Assembly: GCA_902774115.1 (NCBI GenBank)
Contig: CACYHH010000001.1
Span: 538,297-602,296, forward strand
Source of the DNA: an uncultured Spirochaetales bacterium
GTDB taxonomy: Bacteria; UBP6; UBA1177
Direction: 5' to 3'
Length of the DNA stretch: 64,000 nucleotides
Shown here: one piece after another, positions 46,440 through 56,206 of the stretch
Layout: every line of letters begins with the position of its first letter
How positions within the stretch are numbered: position 1 is the first letter of the stretch
Translations under genes and position numbers: made by a program
The notes under the pieces: model-generated
What the model was told of the DNA's origin: nothing
Seen by the model: the letters and a program-made list of their open reading frames with translations, nothing else
The model's database searches: none

Positions 46440-49400
46440 TTACATTGACAGCTGTCTTATCATCTTCCCTGTCACAGACTCGGCGCAGTTCAGGATATCT
46501 TTGACTTTGCCCTGAAAAACGACGTTTCCCCCTTCTTCGCCGCGGCCGGGGCCGAGATCGATGATGTAGTCGGCGCTTGCGATAATCTGGCTTCTGTGCT
46601 CGGCAAGGATTACGGTGTGGCCTGAATCGTTGAGTGTTTTAAAGATTTCCAAAAGTTTTTCTACATCGGCGAAGTGCAGGCCTCTGCTTGGTTCATCGAA
46701 GATAAATATCGATTTTTCCTTACTTTTTTCAGTAGCCGCAGCGAAACTTCTGCCGAAATAAAGTCTCAGGAGTTCGCCCGAAGACAAACTTGAAACGCTT
46801 TGCGACAGCTTGATGTAGCCGAGCCCGCATTTATCAAGAATGTTCAGTATTTTCGAGATGTTGGAATCGTCTTCAAAAAATTCGGCTGCCTCCCTGATCT
46901 CCATATCGAGGATCTCTGCGATATTTTTTTCTTTGTACTTGAATTCAAGAATGTTCGGCGCATATCCAGTTCCGCCGCAGTCGGCGCAGAAGTGCTCTAC
47001 ATTGCCCAAGAAATCCATCGAAACCGAGTTTCTCCCCTGCCCTTTGCAGGTTTTGCAGATATCGTTTTTCGTGATCTTGAACGATTTTCCGAATTTCTTC
47101 TTTATCTTGTCGAAACACTCCGCAAACGAGGCTACATTTGATGATGTCGCGGAAATGTTCTCCGTGCTTTTTTCGTCATAAAAAACAGGAATATCCTTAA
47201 TATTTTCAGCCAGATACTTTATCAAAGTGGTTTTTCCGCTTCCTGAAAGTCCCGAAATGACCGTGGTTCTTCCAAGCGGGATCGAAACCGAGATATTTTT
47301 GAGATTGTTTCTCGAAATATTTGAAACTTTGAGAATTTCTGAAAACTCGCAATCCTTCAAAACAGGCTTGAAGTTGAGCGTTTTTGCAGTCCATGAGTCA
47401 GATCTCATCAAGGATCCGACACTTCCTTCAAAAACGATTTTTCCGCCGTTACTTCCGCTTCCGGGGCCGCATTCGATTATGTTGTCGGCATATTTTATGA
47501 TCTCGGGAACGTGCTCGACCGCAACCACAGTGTTCCCCTTCTCCACGATCTCACGCAGAAGTTTCGCCATATTCTCGCATTCAAGCGGATGAAGTCCGCG
47601 GCTCGGCTCGTCGATCACATAGATCAGGTTCTGCAGGTTGTCAGCCGCACTTTTTACAAGTCTGAGGCGTTCCCTCTCGCCCGTCGAAAGTGTTGAGGCA
47701 CTGCGGGAAAGCGTGAGGTGTCCGATCCCAAGCGAAATGATCTTATTGACTTTTTCAGCGATCTCAGCCTTTATTTTAAGGAAGATCTCTTCATCGGTCT
47801 TGTCTTCAAACGAAATCGTTTCAAGGATCTTTCCGATTTCTGAAACCGGCTTTTCACAGAATTCATCGATAGACATTCCTGCAACTTTTACTTTTAGAAG
47901 TTCTTTTTTCAGGCGTTTTCCGTGACATTCAGGGCAAACGGTTTTACCCATAAGATTGCGAAGCTCTTCTTCGTTTTTATTACCCAAAGACCTGTAAAAT
48001 TCATCAGTTATGAGATTTGCAAAGCCGATCCACTTTCCTTTGAAACTGTGCGTTCCTTCGACGTTCCCGCGTTTGTATTCCCAGTTCACATCGAAGACAT
48101 CTTCTCCCGCACCGGACATCGCGATATCGAATTCTTTCTCAGTGAGTTCATTCACCGGCTTTGAAAAATCGATCCCGAGCTTTTTCCCCGCCGCAAAAAG
48201 AGTGTGGATGAACTGGCCGTCTTTGTCAGCATAAAAACGCCCCTGTTTCGTCGCCGCAAGGGCTCCGTCCGCAAAAGAAAGTTCGCGGTTTATCGAAAGT
48301 TTTTCAAGATCGCAGCTTAGAATAAAACCCGTTCCCGAGCACTTTCCGCACGCCCCTTTTTCGGAATTGAAAGAGAAGTCTCCCGCCGTGAAAGCGCACT
48401 TTTCACCGTTTTCACCCCTTCCGGCACGCGAAAAAAGCATCCGCACGAATTCGTAGATCCCGCTAATAGTCCCTACGGTCGAGCGTATCCCCGCGACTGA
48501 AAATTTCGCGGAAACGCCGATCCCTGCACGCAGTCCGTCGCATTTAGAAACCGAACTCTGGTTTTTGCCGAGCAGAAACGTCTTTACGTAAGGAGAAACT
48601 CCGCTGAGGATAGCCTTGATGCTTTCTACAAAAAGAGTGTCGAATGCAAGACTCGTTTTACCGCTTCCCGAAAGACCGCATACAACATTGAGATTATTGG
48701 GTTTTATCTTTAAATCGACATTTTTGAGATTGTGCGTTTCGATGCTCTGCAGAACTATTTCTTTAGAGAGTTCAGCCTCGTAGTTCCCATCTTTCGCAGC
48801 CGTTTTTTCAAGCGTAAAAGGCTCGTCGCCGAAGCTGACGACGTTATCGGCAAGTCTTAAAAATACCGGATTGTTGTCGCTTGCAAGGACGGTAACGCCC
48901 GATTCCGCGACACTTTTCAGGATCCCGACGAATTTTTCGATATCGGCAGGATGCAGCCCGGCAGTAGGCTCCTCAAAAATCAGGACCGAATTTCCCTTTA
49001 TCTTTGAAAGCCAGAGCGCAAGTTTTATCCGCTGCGCTTCTCCGCCCGAAAGCGTGGATGAAGGCTGCCCGAGAAGCAAATACCCGATCCCGAGACGGGC
49101 CATTATGTCAAGAGTTTTTGTAATTAGCTTATTTTCTTTAAAGAAATCAAGTGCTTGTGAGACCGTAAGATTGAGGACGTCGTAGATCGATAGTCCATTC
49201 ACTTTGACTTCAAGGACCTCGTCGATGAAGCGTTTTCCGTTGCATTTGTCGCAAACAGTCTCAACGCTTCCCATGAACTTCATTCCGGTTTCTATCACGC
49301 CGCCGCCTTCGCATTTGGGGCATCTTCCCGCTTCTCCGTTGAAAGAAAAATGGGATTTCGAAAAACCGCGTTTTTTCGCTTCGTCAGTCGCGGCAAACAA

Positions 49401-51005
49401 GTCTCTGATCTTATCGAAAACTCCGGTGTAAGTGGCAGGATTCGATCTGGAGGTGTGCCCTATCGGAGAGCGGTCTATTTTTTCATAAGTTATTGATTTT
49501 TCTTCAAGTTTTTTAATATATGAATTAAGAAACTCTTTCTTTCCGGCTGACGATCTTCCGCATACGGCGTTGAGTTTTCCGCTTATTATTTCACTTCCGA
49601 AATTGAGTTCCGGTGCGCCGTTTTCATACTTTTTTAGTGCAAGTGCAGTCGGGGTGGCAAGTGTTTCCGCGTTTTTCAAAAAGTCGTCAACGCTTCCCGA
49701 AAAAAGGATCTCTCCCCCTTCCGTGCCGCCGCCGGGGCCGGTTTCCACGATATTGTCAGCCATTCTGATCGCGTCGATATCGTGCTCGACCGCAATGACT
49801 GTGTTTCCGTTGTCGCGGATCTTTATGAGGAGACTAATGACATTTTTAAGTTCGCCGCGGCTAAGCCCGATACTCGGCTCGTCAAAAACGAAAGTCGTCC
49901 CTTTGAGCGGGCTCGATGCGGCCGAAGCGATCCTTATCCTCTGGATCTCGCTTGAATTGAGCTCGCTTGAATTTTCAGAAAGGGTCAGGTGTCCGAGGCC
50001 TATATTTATGAGTTCAAGAAGCAGCTTATTGATTTCATTTATTATTTTCTGCTCGGCAAGAGTAAGTTCCTTTGCGTTTTCAGTGAGGAACTGAACCGCT
50101 TTTTCTAAATTCATATCGCATATCCCGGCAATGTTTTTACCTGCGATCCTGACTGCAAGAGCTGTATCGTTCAGCCTTGCGCCGCCGCATTTTTTGCACT
50201 TTACCGAGCGGACGAAACGGAGGATGTTGGGGTTCCTGTCACGCTTCAAAATCTCTTCCATAACGTTGACGACCCCTTTGTAATAGCCTTCTTCGCGAGG
50301 TTTTGCCGTGATCCCTGTCCATTTCATGCGGCTTTCAAGTGTGTGCTTGCCGAAAGCGACCTTTATCTTCTCACTGCCGAAAAATATGACGTCAAGCTGC
50401 TCTTTCGTGAGGTCGCAAAGAGGCGTATCGACCGAAAAACCGTGCGCGCGGCACACTTCGTCAAGGACATCGAGAGTCACCTGCGAATAGATTATGTAAC
50501 CGTTTGGCGCGGTTATCTTCAAAGCTCTCTCGCGTATCGACTTCTTCCAGTCCGCAACAATGAGATCGGGGTCGAGAAAATCCTCCACTCCGTTTCCTTT
50601 GCATGCTTCGCAGTAACCGAGTGCCGAATTGAAGGAAAAAAACGAGCGCGAAATCCCCGCATGACGGGCAAAAAGGACACGCAGAAGGTCGTAGATCCCC
50701 GAAAAAGTGCCGACAGTTGAAACCGAAGTCGCGACATCCGCCCTCTGGTCAACCGCAAGAGAAGCGTCAAGACCGCTTATGAGCTCGGCCGCGGGCTTTT
50801 TCGTAACGCCGAAAAACTTCCTCTGCCACGCAGGAAACGACGAAAGATAGAGCCGTTGCGACTCCTTGAAAAGCGTGTTGTAGACAAGCGAAGACTTGCC
50901 GCTGCCCGAAACACCGGTGACGACTGTGAATTTTCCCTTTTCAAATTCAACACTTATGTTTTTAAGATTGTTTTCTGTGCAGTTTGTGATTTTTATTGTG
51001 TTCAT
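46440..51005 (-). CDS. Tandem-duplicated UvrA-like ABC ATPase (excinuclease ABC subunit A family paralog, 1521 aa)
   Basis: There are four Walker A-like sites: GVSGSGKSS, GRSSAGKKE (degenerate), GLSGSGKTS and GLSGSGKTT. There are four ABC signatures: LSRGE, LSGGEAQR, LSTGERER and LSSGELLR. Zn-finger CxxC pairs are also present. Confidence 0.75.
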   Translation of the reverse strand: MNTIKITNCTENNLKNISVEFEKGKFTVVTGVSGSGKSSLVYNTLFKESQRLYLSSFPAWQRKFFGVTKKPAAELISGLDASLAVDQRADVATSVSTVGTFSGIYDLLRVLFARHAGISRSFFSFNSALGYCEACKGNGVEDFLDPDLIVADWKKSIRERALKITAPNGYIIYSQVTLDVLDEVCRAHGFSVDTPLCDLTKEQLDVIFFGSEKIKVAFGKHTLESRMKWTGITAKPREEGYYKGVVNVMEEILKRDRNPNILRFVRSVKCKKCGGARLNDTALAVRIAGKNIAGICDMNLEKAVQFLTENAKELTLAEQKIINEINKLLLELINIGLGHLTLSENSSELNSSEIQRIRIASAASSPLKGTTFVFDEPSIGLSRGELKNVISLLIKIRDNGNTVIAVEHDIDAIRMADNIVETGPGGGTEGGEILFSGSVDDFLKNAETLATPTALALKKYENGAPELNFGSEIISGKLNAVCGRSSAGKKEFLNSYIKKLEEKSITYEKIDRSPIGHTSRSNPATYTGVFDKIRDLFAATDEAKKRGFSKSHFSFNGEAGRCPKCEGGGVIETGMKFMGSVETVCDKCNGKRFIDEVLEVKVNGLSIYDVLNLTVSQALDFFKENKLITKTLDIMARLGIGYLLLGQPSSTLSGGEAQRIKLALWLSKIKGNSVLIFEEPTAGLHPADIEKFVGILKSVAESGVTVLASDNNPVFLRLADNVVSFGDEPFTLEKTAAKDGNYEAELSKEIVLQSIETHNLKNVDLKIKPNNLNVVCGLSGSGKTSLAFDTLFVESIKAILSGVSPYVKTFLLGKNQSSVSKCDGLRAGIGVSAKFSVAGIRSTVGTISGIYEFVRMLFSRAGRGENGEKCAFTAGDFSFNSEKGACGKCSGTGFILSCDLEKLSINRELSFADGALAATKQGRFYADKDGQFIHTLFAAGKKLGIDFSKPVNELTEKEFDIAMSGAGEDVFDVNWEYKRGNVEGTHSFKGKWIGFANLITDEFYRSLGNKNEEELRNLMGKTVCPECHGKRLKKELLKVKVAGMSIDEFCEKPVSEIGKILETISFEDKTDEEIFLKIKAEIAEKVNKIISLGIGHLTLSRSASTLSTGERERLRLVKSAADNLQNLIYVIDEPSRGLHPLECENMAKLLREIVEKGNTVVAVEHVPEIIKYADNIIECGPGSGSNGGKIVFEGSVGSLMRSDSWTAKTLNFKPVLKDCEFSEILKVSNISRNNLKNISVSIPLGRTTVISGLSGSGKTTLIKYLAENIKDIPVFYDEKSTENISATSSNVASFAECFDKIKKKFGKSFKITKNDICKTCKGQGRNSVSMDFLGNVEHFCADCGGTGYAPNILEFKYKEKNIAEILDMEIREAAEFFEDDSNISKILNILDKCGLGYIKLSQSVSSLSSGELLRLYFGRSFAAATEKSKEKSIFIFDEPSRGLHFADVEKLLEIFKTLNDSGHTVILAEHRSQIIASADYIIDLGPGRGEEGGNVVFQGKVKDILNCAESVTGKMIRQLSM

Positions 51006-51090
51006 CGCTAAAAAGCTCCTAAAAAAACCGCCGGATTATAGCGGAAAAACGGTCGAAAACAAGGATTGAAAAATTTTTCAATGCAAGTAT
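51006..51090 (-). promoter_or_regulatory. Promoter-like element upstream of the uvrA-like gene, homologous to the pyrE upstream element
   Basis: Read on the minus strand it is TTGTTT -N16- TATAAT - CCGGCGGTTT. It is about 75% identical over ~85 nt to 9902-9985. Confidence 0.5.
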
Positions 51091-51123
51091 AATTATTGGA
51101 TTTTTGTCGTTTTGAGGTGTTCC

Positions 51124-51342
51124 ATGTGCAAAAAAGAGGAATTGGAATTTTCAGTTTTTCTTATCCATCAGCTTTCCTATTCGTGGAAGATGATCCCGGC
51201 TCAAGTTTACGATATTCTCAATAAAACCGGCATCTTGGATAATTACATCGTCCGCTGTTACGATGTGCTTCACACTATGGGCGAACTATATCTTGTCAAC
51301 GACATCACCGATTTCGTCAGAGAAAAAGGAGTAGCTGTATGA
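51124..51342 (+). CDS. DUF3791-like small protein
   Basis: A ~73-aa protein whose stop overlaps the start of the DUF3990-like gene (ATGA). Confidence 0.55.
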   Translation: MCKKEELEFSVFLIHQLSYSWKMIPAQVYDILNKTGILDNYIVRCYDVLHTMGELYLVNDITDFVREKGVAV

Positions 51343-51827
51343 TCGTTTATCACGGATCGAACAAGATAGTAAAAAATCCGGACATCTCTTTTTCCAAACC
51401 TTTTCTTGATTTCGGAAAAGGATTTTATGTCACTGATTTTCAGAAACAGGCTGAAAAATGGGCTTCCCGGAAGGCGATGCGATACGGCGGCGAGGGAATC
51501 GTAAATTCCTTTGAAATGCAGGATGATCTTTCCGCTTACAAAGTCCTTAAATTCGAAAATGAGGATGAAAACTGGCTTGAATTTGTCTGTGAATGCAGAC
51601 GCGGTTCGGAAAACTACAAAAATTACGACATAATAGCCGGCAAAGTTGCCAACGACGATGTTTTCAAAACAGTAAACATGTATTTTCAAGGATTTTGGGA
51701 CAAGCAGCGGGCTCTGGAGGAACTCAGATACAGTAAGGCAAACGACCAGATCTGTATCGTAAATGCGGATGTTCTTGCCGAAATCCTGAAATTCAAAAAT
51801 TTTTACAAGGTAATTTCCAATGGTTGA
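51339..51827 (+). CDS. DUF3990-like protein
   Basis: The N-terminus MIVYHGSNKIV...FGKGFYVT is the hallmark of the DUF3990 family, of unknown function. Confidence 0.6.
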   Translation: MIVYHGSNKIVKNPDISFSKPFLDFGKGFYVTDFQKQAEKWASRKAMRYGGEGIVNSFEMQDDLSAYKVLKFENEDENWLEFVCECRRGSENYKNYDIIAGKVANDDVFKTVNMYFQGFWDKQRALEELRYSKANDQICIVNADVLAEILKFKNFYKVISNG

Positions 51828-52059
51828 TCAGGAAAAACTCGCCAAATTTTATAAACAGGAACTCGAAACAAAAATCATCGGCTATCTCGCCGAAAAACTC
51901 AGAATCGATTTGCGCAAAGCGATGGATCTTTACTACACCAGCAAACTCAGCACCCAGATAGAACAAGGTTTATACGGGATTGAAAATCTGGATTACAAAA
52001 ATCTTGCCGAAGATCTGATTGAAAACGAGATCAACAAATCCGATAAAATTCAGAAGTAG
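51820..52059 (+). CDS. DUF3791-like small protein (second copy)
   Basis: A 79-aa protein similar in size and position to the first copy. It overlaps the upstream gene by 8 nt. Confidence 0.5.
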   Translation: MVDQEKLAKFYKQELETKIIGYLAEKLRIDLRKAMDLYYTSKLSTQIEQGLYGIENLDYKNLAEDLIENEINKSDKIQK

Positions 52060-52139
52060 GCTATTTTATTAGGACACCTAACTGTAACTCCGTAAAAAAG
52101 CAAGGTGTTTTTATTGTCAGGATCGAAAAACAGTTCCAG

Positions 52140-52667
52140 TTATTCTGACACAGTGCCGACATACTGGACTCCGGCCAGATTCAGCTTTTTACGGATTGCA
52201 TTAATTTTATTTTCCGGGAACCTCGTTGCAGTCCCTTCCCGAATAACTGCGGCATTTATTCCTCTTTTTACCGCACCGAGTGCTGTCGCAGCAACGCATC
52301 CGCATTCGTCAAGACCGCAAAGATGAAGCATCTCATAGCTTTTCTCACGTATAAACTTGTTCAGTTTTCTGCTGGTCAGAGCGTCACCTAAATACTTGTC
52401 GAAACAGTAATCCGACACAATATCCAGACCACTGTAGAGCTCTGCACCGTCAGTTCCTGCAATCGAATAGCCGAACAAAAGACGGTTCGTAAATAAATTC
52501 TGAATGATGTGGCGGATATAAATAACATCCTGATTTTTATTATGATATTCACGAATCAGCTCATTAACTGAAGCAACCAGTCTGGCAGTATCGTAAGAAA
52601 AACGCTCTTTCCTTTTCTCCCAAAGATAATCGTTCTGCATATCAATCACGAGCAAAGCAGTTTTCAT
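52140..52667 (-). CDS. Isochorismatase-family cysteine hydrolase
   Basis: The N-terminus ALLVIDMQNDY and the fold pattern fit. 175 aa. Confidence 0.65.
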   Translation of the reverse strand: MKTALLVIDMQNDYLWEKRKERFSYDTARLVASVNELIREYHNKNQDVIYIRHIIQNLFTNRLLFGYSIAGTDGAELYSGLDIVSDYCFDKYLGDALTSRKLNKFIREKSYEMLHLCGLDECGCVAATALGAVKRGINAAVIREGTATRFPENKINAIRKKLNLAGVQYVGTVSE

Positions 52668-52690
52668 ATTGCCGCCAACAAATTAATTTG

Positions 52691-53467
52691 TTACTTAACC
52701 AGTTCGATTTCCTCGCCTTCTCCGATCACAAGGCGGTTCGGGGAATCAAACTGCTCTGCTCTCTCACGGTCGAAATATTTTCCGCCGCTTGCAGCGATCA
52801 CATGATACGGGATATCGTGCTTGGCACCGACAAGTTTCGCGCACTCAGCCGCTTCGGGAAGATCCATGTTGTAAACGCCGTCGCAGCAGTAGAAAGCGTA
52901 GTCGAGTTTCTTTTCAGCAAGAGCGGGCATCTGCTGAGTTTTGCTCGTATCGCCTGAAACATAGACTTTTACGCCGTCTGAAAACGTCAGGATGTAGCCG
53001 ACACACTCTTTTACGTCGTGATTTTTGTTGTATCCTGCTTCGACCGCTTCGATTTTGACATAACCAAGGTCGAAACTCTGGTGCTTTCCGTCAGCGAGAG
53101 CCTCTTTCCACGTGATCGTCCGGCAGTCATCCTTGCGGTTTTTGATTTTGTCGAGAGCGTTGTGGTCAAAGTGGGCGTGAGTGACAAGGATCAGGTCAGC
53201 CGCAGGCTCGTAGCCGTTTCCGACGAAAGGATCGATGTAGATCTCCTTCCCTTCAGCCGTTGTGATGCGCAAACTTGCGTGCCCCATGTAAAGAAGTTTC
53301 GCCTTCGCGCCTTCTGACGGCTTGGTTTCATCCGTTTCTGCTGCGGGAGCGGAATTCTGCTCACCCTTTTGTTCGTTTTTCTCGGCCTGGTTTGATGCCG
53401 TTCCCGTGCAGGCAGCGAGAATAAAAGCCAAAAATGCTGACATAATAATTTCTACAATCCTCTTCAT
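52691..53467 (-). CDS. MBL-fold metallo-hydrolase lipoprotein
   Basis: The lipobox is ILAACTG and the motif LILVTHAHFDHN is present. Confidence 0.65.
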   Translation of the reverse strand: MKRIVEIIMSAFLAFILAACTGTASNQAEKNEQKGEQNSAPAAETDETKPSEGAKAKLLYMGHASLRITTAEGKEIYIDPFVGNGYEPAADLILVTHAHFDHNALDKIKNRKDDCRTITWKEALADGKHQSFDLGYVKIEAVEAGYNKNHDVKECVGYILTFSDGVKVYVSGDTSKTQQMPALAEKKLDYAFYCCDGVYNMDLPEAAECAKLVGAKHDIPYHVIAASGGKYFDRERAEQFDSPNRLVIGEGEEIELVK

Positions 53468-53486
53468 CTGTTTCTCCGTTTTAACT

Positions 53487-55682
53487 CTAATTTTCCTTTC
53501 CGACTTTTTCGGTCGCTTTGGAATAAAGCAGAAGAACTATGAAAATCAAGGTTGAATAAGCTGCCGCGTAGCCGTAGCGTTCCTGACGCTGGAACGCCCA
53601 TTTGTAGGCTTCGCTTATGAGAATTTCGGTCGCGCCGTCTGGTTCGCCGCCCGAAACGAGGTAGATGATGTTGAACATGTTGAATGTCCAGACGCTACCC
53701 AGAATTACTGCCGGAAGAAGCGCCGGTTTCAAAAGCGGCAGGATTACGTGTCTGAACCGCTGAAATCCGTTGGCTCCGTCAACGCTTGCGGCATCCTCGA
53801 GATCGTGCGGGATCGCCTGCAGTGCGCCGAGAGCGGTGACCATCATGAACGGGAAACCGAGCCAGGTGTTTGTCGTGACATTTGCCGCAAACGAAGTCCA
53901 GAAGCCGCTGAACCAGCTGACGGGTTCAAGCCCTATCGCCTGCAAGATTCCGTTTATCGCGCCGAACTGCCTGTTGAACATTCCTTTCCAGATAAGTGCC
54001 GTAATGTAGTTGGGAACTGCCCACGGGATTATGAGAAGCATTCTGTAAACGCCTTTAAGTTTGAGCCACGGCTCACGCAGCATGAGAGCGAGCGCAAGAC
54101 CTATCGAAACATGCAGAAAAACATTCACTGCCGTCCACAAAATCGTGACAAGAAGCGTGAAATAGAACGAAAGCGAATCGGTTATCGGGAAATCTTTCGA
54201 AAGGAGGATCGAAATGAAGTTCGTAAACCCTACAAACTGGTATTCACCGCTTTTGTGGGCAAAAAACGCGACTGCCGTCCCCACCGCAAACGGAACAAAA
54301 ACGAGGACGAGCATCGAAAACATCGCAGGGAAAAGATAGAGGTAAGGTGTCGGCGACGACATGAGTTTTTCGAAAAATTTGTACTTTTTTATCTGTCTGA
54401 CCGTGAAAACAAGCCCTGCAACAGCCGCGATGACAAGAATGATTACAAAAACAACCGGGCTCTGCGCCTTCGGAAGCGGTTTCGAGAAGATTTTGAACTG
54501 CTGCTGCGCGCTTTCGAGTGCGTTTTCAGGGGTATCTGCACCGCGGAGAACCTTTCTCAAAGCACCTGCAAGAGGCTCCCAGACCATTCTCATTTTCGGG
54601 TTGTTGCTCATGGGAACTGAAACTTCGGCCTGTTTTTTGAAAACATTGAGGATTTCGTCGGTCGCGACTTCCTCATCCTCGTAAACCGAAGCGGTCGCTA
54701 CAGACTGTCTTCCGGTTACGGCGCGGACTTTGGCGGCATCGTGCGAAACGAGGAATTTTCCGAATTCCGCAGCCCCTTTTTTGTTTGTAGTTTCGTGATT
54801 TGAAACGAGATAAGCCTCGACCGTGAGGAAAGGTTTCATAACTTCGCCGCTTTCGCTAACTTTCGGAAGCACTGCGACCGAATAGGGAACATTTTTATCG
54901 ATCTCACCTAAAAACCACGGCCCGTTGATTACAAAAGCTGAGTTTCCTTCGTTGAAAAGCTGCGTTACAAGCGCAGAAGTCGCTTCCTGCGGCGTAACTT
55001 TCGATTTATTTACCAGATCATCAATAAATTCAAGCGCTTTCACATTACCTTTATCGTCAAGGCATGCCATGCCGTCTTCCCTTTCCGAGCCGTTTTCAAA
55101 GCAGAATTTTCCGCCGAAACCGTAGATGAAAGAAGCCGCGAAATATGCCGAAGTCGCTTCGAAAGCAAGACCGTATTTCCCGTTTTTTGCGTCTGTAAAA
55201 CTTTGTGCCGCTTTCAATAGTTCGTCAGTAGTTTCAGGCACTTTTTCGACTTTATCGGTGCGGTAGAAAAGAACGGCGCTTTTGAATGAAAGAGGAAATC
55301 CCCAGTATTTTCCGTTGTATTTCAATGCGTCCAGAGTCGAAGGAATCAAAGAGTTTGAAACATTGCCGCTCAAAACATCGGAAAGATCCGAAATTATTCC
55401 GCTTTCAGCCCAGTCCCCTACTCTTTCATGAGCGAAAATAAATGCATCGGGACCGTTTCCGCGCGGGATCGCACTTGTCAGTTTGTTTGCGAAGGCATCA
55501 TACGGAACATTAAGCAGATCGACTTTGTAATCAGACTGCAACTCGTTGAATTTGTTGCGTAATTCTTCGAGAGCCTTCTGCTCGTCGCCTCGGTACGAAT
55601 GCCAGATCGTGACAGTTTCCTTCTCGGCAAAAAGCGAAAAGAAAACCAGCAAAATTAAAGAAAATAAAGTAAATTTTTTCAT
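53487..55682 (-). CDS. Fusion of a family-1 extracellular solute-binding protein (MalE-like) with an ABC transporter permease (MalF/UgpA-like)
   Basis: The N-terminal ~400 aa are a signal peptide plus an SBP_bac_1-like domain. The C-terminal ~300 aa form a six-helix permease with the EAA loop DLEDAASVDGANGFQRFRHVILPLLKP. Confidence 0.65.
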   Translation of the reverse strand: MKKFTLFSLILLVFFSLFAEKETVTIWHSYRGDEQKALEELRNKFNELQSDYKVDLLNVPYDAFANKLTSAIPRGNGPDAFIFAHERVGDWAESGIISDLSDVLSGNVSNSLIPSTLDALKYNGKYWGFPLSFKSAVLFYRTDKVEKVPETTDELLKAAQSFTDAKNGKYGLAFEATSAYFAASFIYGFGGKFCFENGSEREDGMACLDDKGNVKALEFIDDLVNKSKVTPQEATSALVTQLFNEGNSAFVINGPWFLGEIDKNVPYSVAVLPKVSESGEVMKPFLTVEAYLVSNHETTNKKGAAEFGKFLVSHDAAKVRAVTGRQSVATASVYEDEEVATDEILNVFKKQAEVSVPMSNNPKMRMVWEPLAGALRKVLRGADTPENALESAQQQFKIFSKPLPKAQSPVVFVIILVIAAVAGLVFTVRQIKKYKFFEKLMSSPTPYLYLFPAMFSMLVLVFVPFAVGTAVAFFAHKSGEYQFVGFTNFISILLSKDFPITDSLSFYFTLLVTILWTAVNVFLHVSIGLALALMLREPWLKLKGVYRMLLIIPWAVPNYITALIWKGMFNRQFGAINGILQAIGLEPVSWFSGFWTSFAANVTTNTWLGFPFMMVTALGALQAIPHDLEDAASVDGANGFQRFRHVILPLLKPALLPAVILGSVWTFNMFNIIYLVSGGEPDGATEILISEAYKWAFQRQERYGYAAAYSTLIFIVLLLYSKATEKVGKEN

Positions 55683-55685
55683 GGC

Positions 55686-56198
55686 TTATTTCTGAAGTGA
55701 TTTTAAAATCTCAATTATTTCCTGTGGTTTCTGGGTTCCGATAAGAAGTTTGTTTCCGTTCGGGAACTCAAGCTGAAGACCTCGGTCTCCGCGGATGCTG
55801 AGAGATCTGTTGTTATATCTTCCCTTGTAACCCCAGCCGCCGTATTCACGTACTGGATGATACTGCCTGACATAGTATGCCAGCATGTTGCTGAAGGGAT
55901 AGAATTTAAAAGAAAATCCTAAAGGAAAAAGCCTGACATAAACACCCTGTTCTGTGATCTTAGTCTCTAATTTTATTGAGAAAATCAAAGCAAGTGAAAT
56001 AATTAAGGCAAGTCCCCACATGATTGCTTTGGCGGCAAGAAAATCCGGATGATTCATAAAAAATTCAACGCGGGCAGAATCGGTTACAATGAGGATAACA
56101 GGAACAAACTGCACTAAAATGACAATCATATACAGCCACCACTGAGTGAGACGCTGTTTTTCGTAAAAAAGGACTTTTTCAAGAAGTTTTTCTCCCAT
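55686..56198 (-). CDS. Membrane protein with a bacterial PH-like (YdbS/DUF304-like) domain
   Basis: Two N-terminal transmembrane helices are followed by a ~90-aa soluble domain. Confidence 0.4.
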   Translation of the reverse strand: MGEKLLEKVLFYEKQRLTQWWLYMIVILVQFVPVILIVTDSARVEFFMNHPDFLAAKAIMWGLALIISLALIFSIKLETKITEQGVYVRLFPLGFSFKFYPFSNMLAYYVRQYHPVREYGGWGYKGRYNNRSLSIRGDRGLQLEFPNGNKLLIGTQKPQEIIEILKSLQK

Positions 56199-56206
56199 TT
56201 TTCACC

